64,000 nucleotides of DNA from Zootoca vivipara (taxonomy: Eukaryota): the NCBI RefSeq assembly GCF_963506605.1, contig NC_083282.1:8866001-8930000 (forward strand), given 5' to 3'. This document shows, piece after piece, positions 62,736-64,000 of this stretch. Each line of letters starts with the position of its first letter. Positions within the stretch are counted from its first letter, which is position 1. The position numbers and the translations under genes are program-made. The notes under the pieces were generated by a model that was not told the origin of the DNA, ran no database searches, and saw only the letters and a program-made list of their open reading frames with translations.

Positions 62736-64000
62736 CAAAATGGTAGCCGTTGCTACAGGGGGCTCTTCTCTAGGCTTGCTGGCAGCTGGCACAAACTCCT
62801 CTTGCCTCTGAGGAGCTGGTAGGCCAAAGGACCCATAAGGAACTTGGGGGCTGAGATGACCTCAGCCATTACCCCACCTTCCCATCCTTTAAACTGTGAG
62901 GGAGCAGTGCCTCTGCAGTTTAAAGGATCCTGTTGGGGGTACCGGGCCAAAGGAGATGCACTGACAGGCTCTCGTCCTCCATGGCCAATGACCAGTCCCC
63001 ACTGCATTTGGTTCATGAGCTGAAAGGAAGAAAATGGGAAGCTGCTCACTTCCCTTTCAAACTAAGTGCCAACCTCTACCAGCTGGAGGCTCGTACCTGT
63101 GCCCTGTGCCCTGCTTTCTCCTGCCAATATTAACTGGGAGAAACATGTGCTGCCTTAGTCAAACTGTTTGTTTTTAGGGGTAGACTTTGAGAACCTTATG
63201 CATGCTGCCTTGAGTTCCTTGATGGAAGAAAAGCAGGATATGCTGTCTACTATTTTATGGAATTGTCTTCCAGTTGAGGCTGGACTGGTCCCTAGACTGT
63301 TGAACTTGCTGTTCCTACTGAATACTTTTTTATTTTATTTTATTTCAGCAGGCATTTAAACTGAATTCTTGTATTACAGTTTAGCTGATTTTTATCTTTC
63401 TTGTATTGAGTCACTTGGACACTGCTTAGAGACAAATGTAATTAAGCAGTATATAAATGGTCAAAATAAACGTTAAATAAAAATAAAAGTTGAAGTTAAA
63501 AATGTTACCACTCAAGCAGGGGGGCATCCTGTTCATTTACACTGGCACAGATGCTTAGATCATCAGTTTAGTGCAGACAACACAGACTTGATGTTCATTA
63601 CAAGCATCTCATGTACTCAAAAAACATATCATGCAAGCAAAGCCAAAGTCAACTCAGTTTGGAGCAAATATACCTTCAACAGATTAGCAGATTAAATAAA
63701 AGTATGTAAATGACAATTAAATAGATTTACATGTTGCAAACTTGTGAAGATGCTCTCCCTACCCAGGATTTCGAAACTCATTTTAATTCCCCCCCCCAGT
63801 TTATTAAAGAAAGTCCTAGAAGGAATGGAAAGCTCTACCCCCTCACCAAATCACCAAATCCAGAAATAGGGAGTATTATAGGAACATGATACAGCCAGGG
63901 CCGGCGCGCTAATAAAGGCAAACCAGGCCACTGCCTAGAGCACCAAAATTGAGGGGCGCTGTGCTGGCCAGCCCGCCCGCCACTGCTTGCAGGGCCGTCC

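Overview
This is eukaryotic, vertebrate DNA. The repeat content (Sauria SINEs, BovB, CR1 copies with (ATTCTATG)n tails, a tRNA-Lys/CR1 SINE) points to a squamate, probably a lacertid lizard; that assignment is inference. The whole window lies inside the PBX1 gene (TALE homeobox) on the minus strand. Three coding exons are exactly delimited by AG/GT sites: 14834-15078 (245 nt), 6005-6195 (191 nt) and 4568-4703 (136 nt), matching exons 3, 4 and 5. Positions 15079-64000 are part of the very large intron 2, and exons 2 and 6 were not found. The rest is non-autonomous or truncated transposable elements (CR1, L2, L1, RTE/BovB, Vingi-like, Penelope-like, LTR remnants, hAT, Tc1-mariner and Harbinger-like MITEs), microsatellites, repeat-free blocks that may be enhancers, and a 132-nt assembly gap. 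I found no convincing new protein-coding system. The most unusual structures are: (1) a 376-bp insert flanked by a 75-bp direct duplication at 49.8-50.3 kb; (2) three fold-back hairpins in intron 3, including a CR1 hairpin whose arms share a private variant; (3) inverted Sauria SINE pairs around exon 3; (4) a CTCF-like motif created at a SINE insertion junction; and (5) a MITE inserted into the TIR of a related MITE. All functional readings of these are untested hypotheses.
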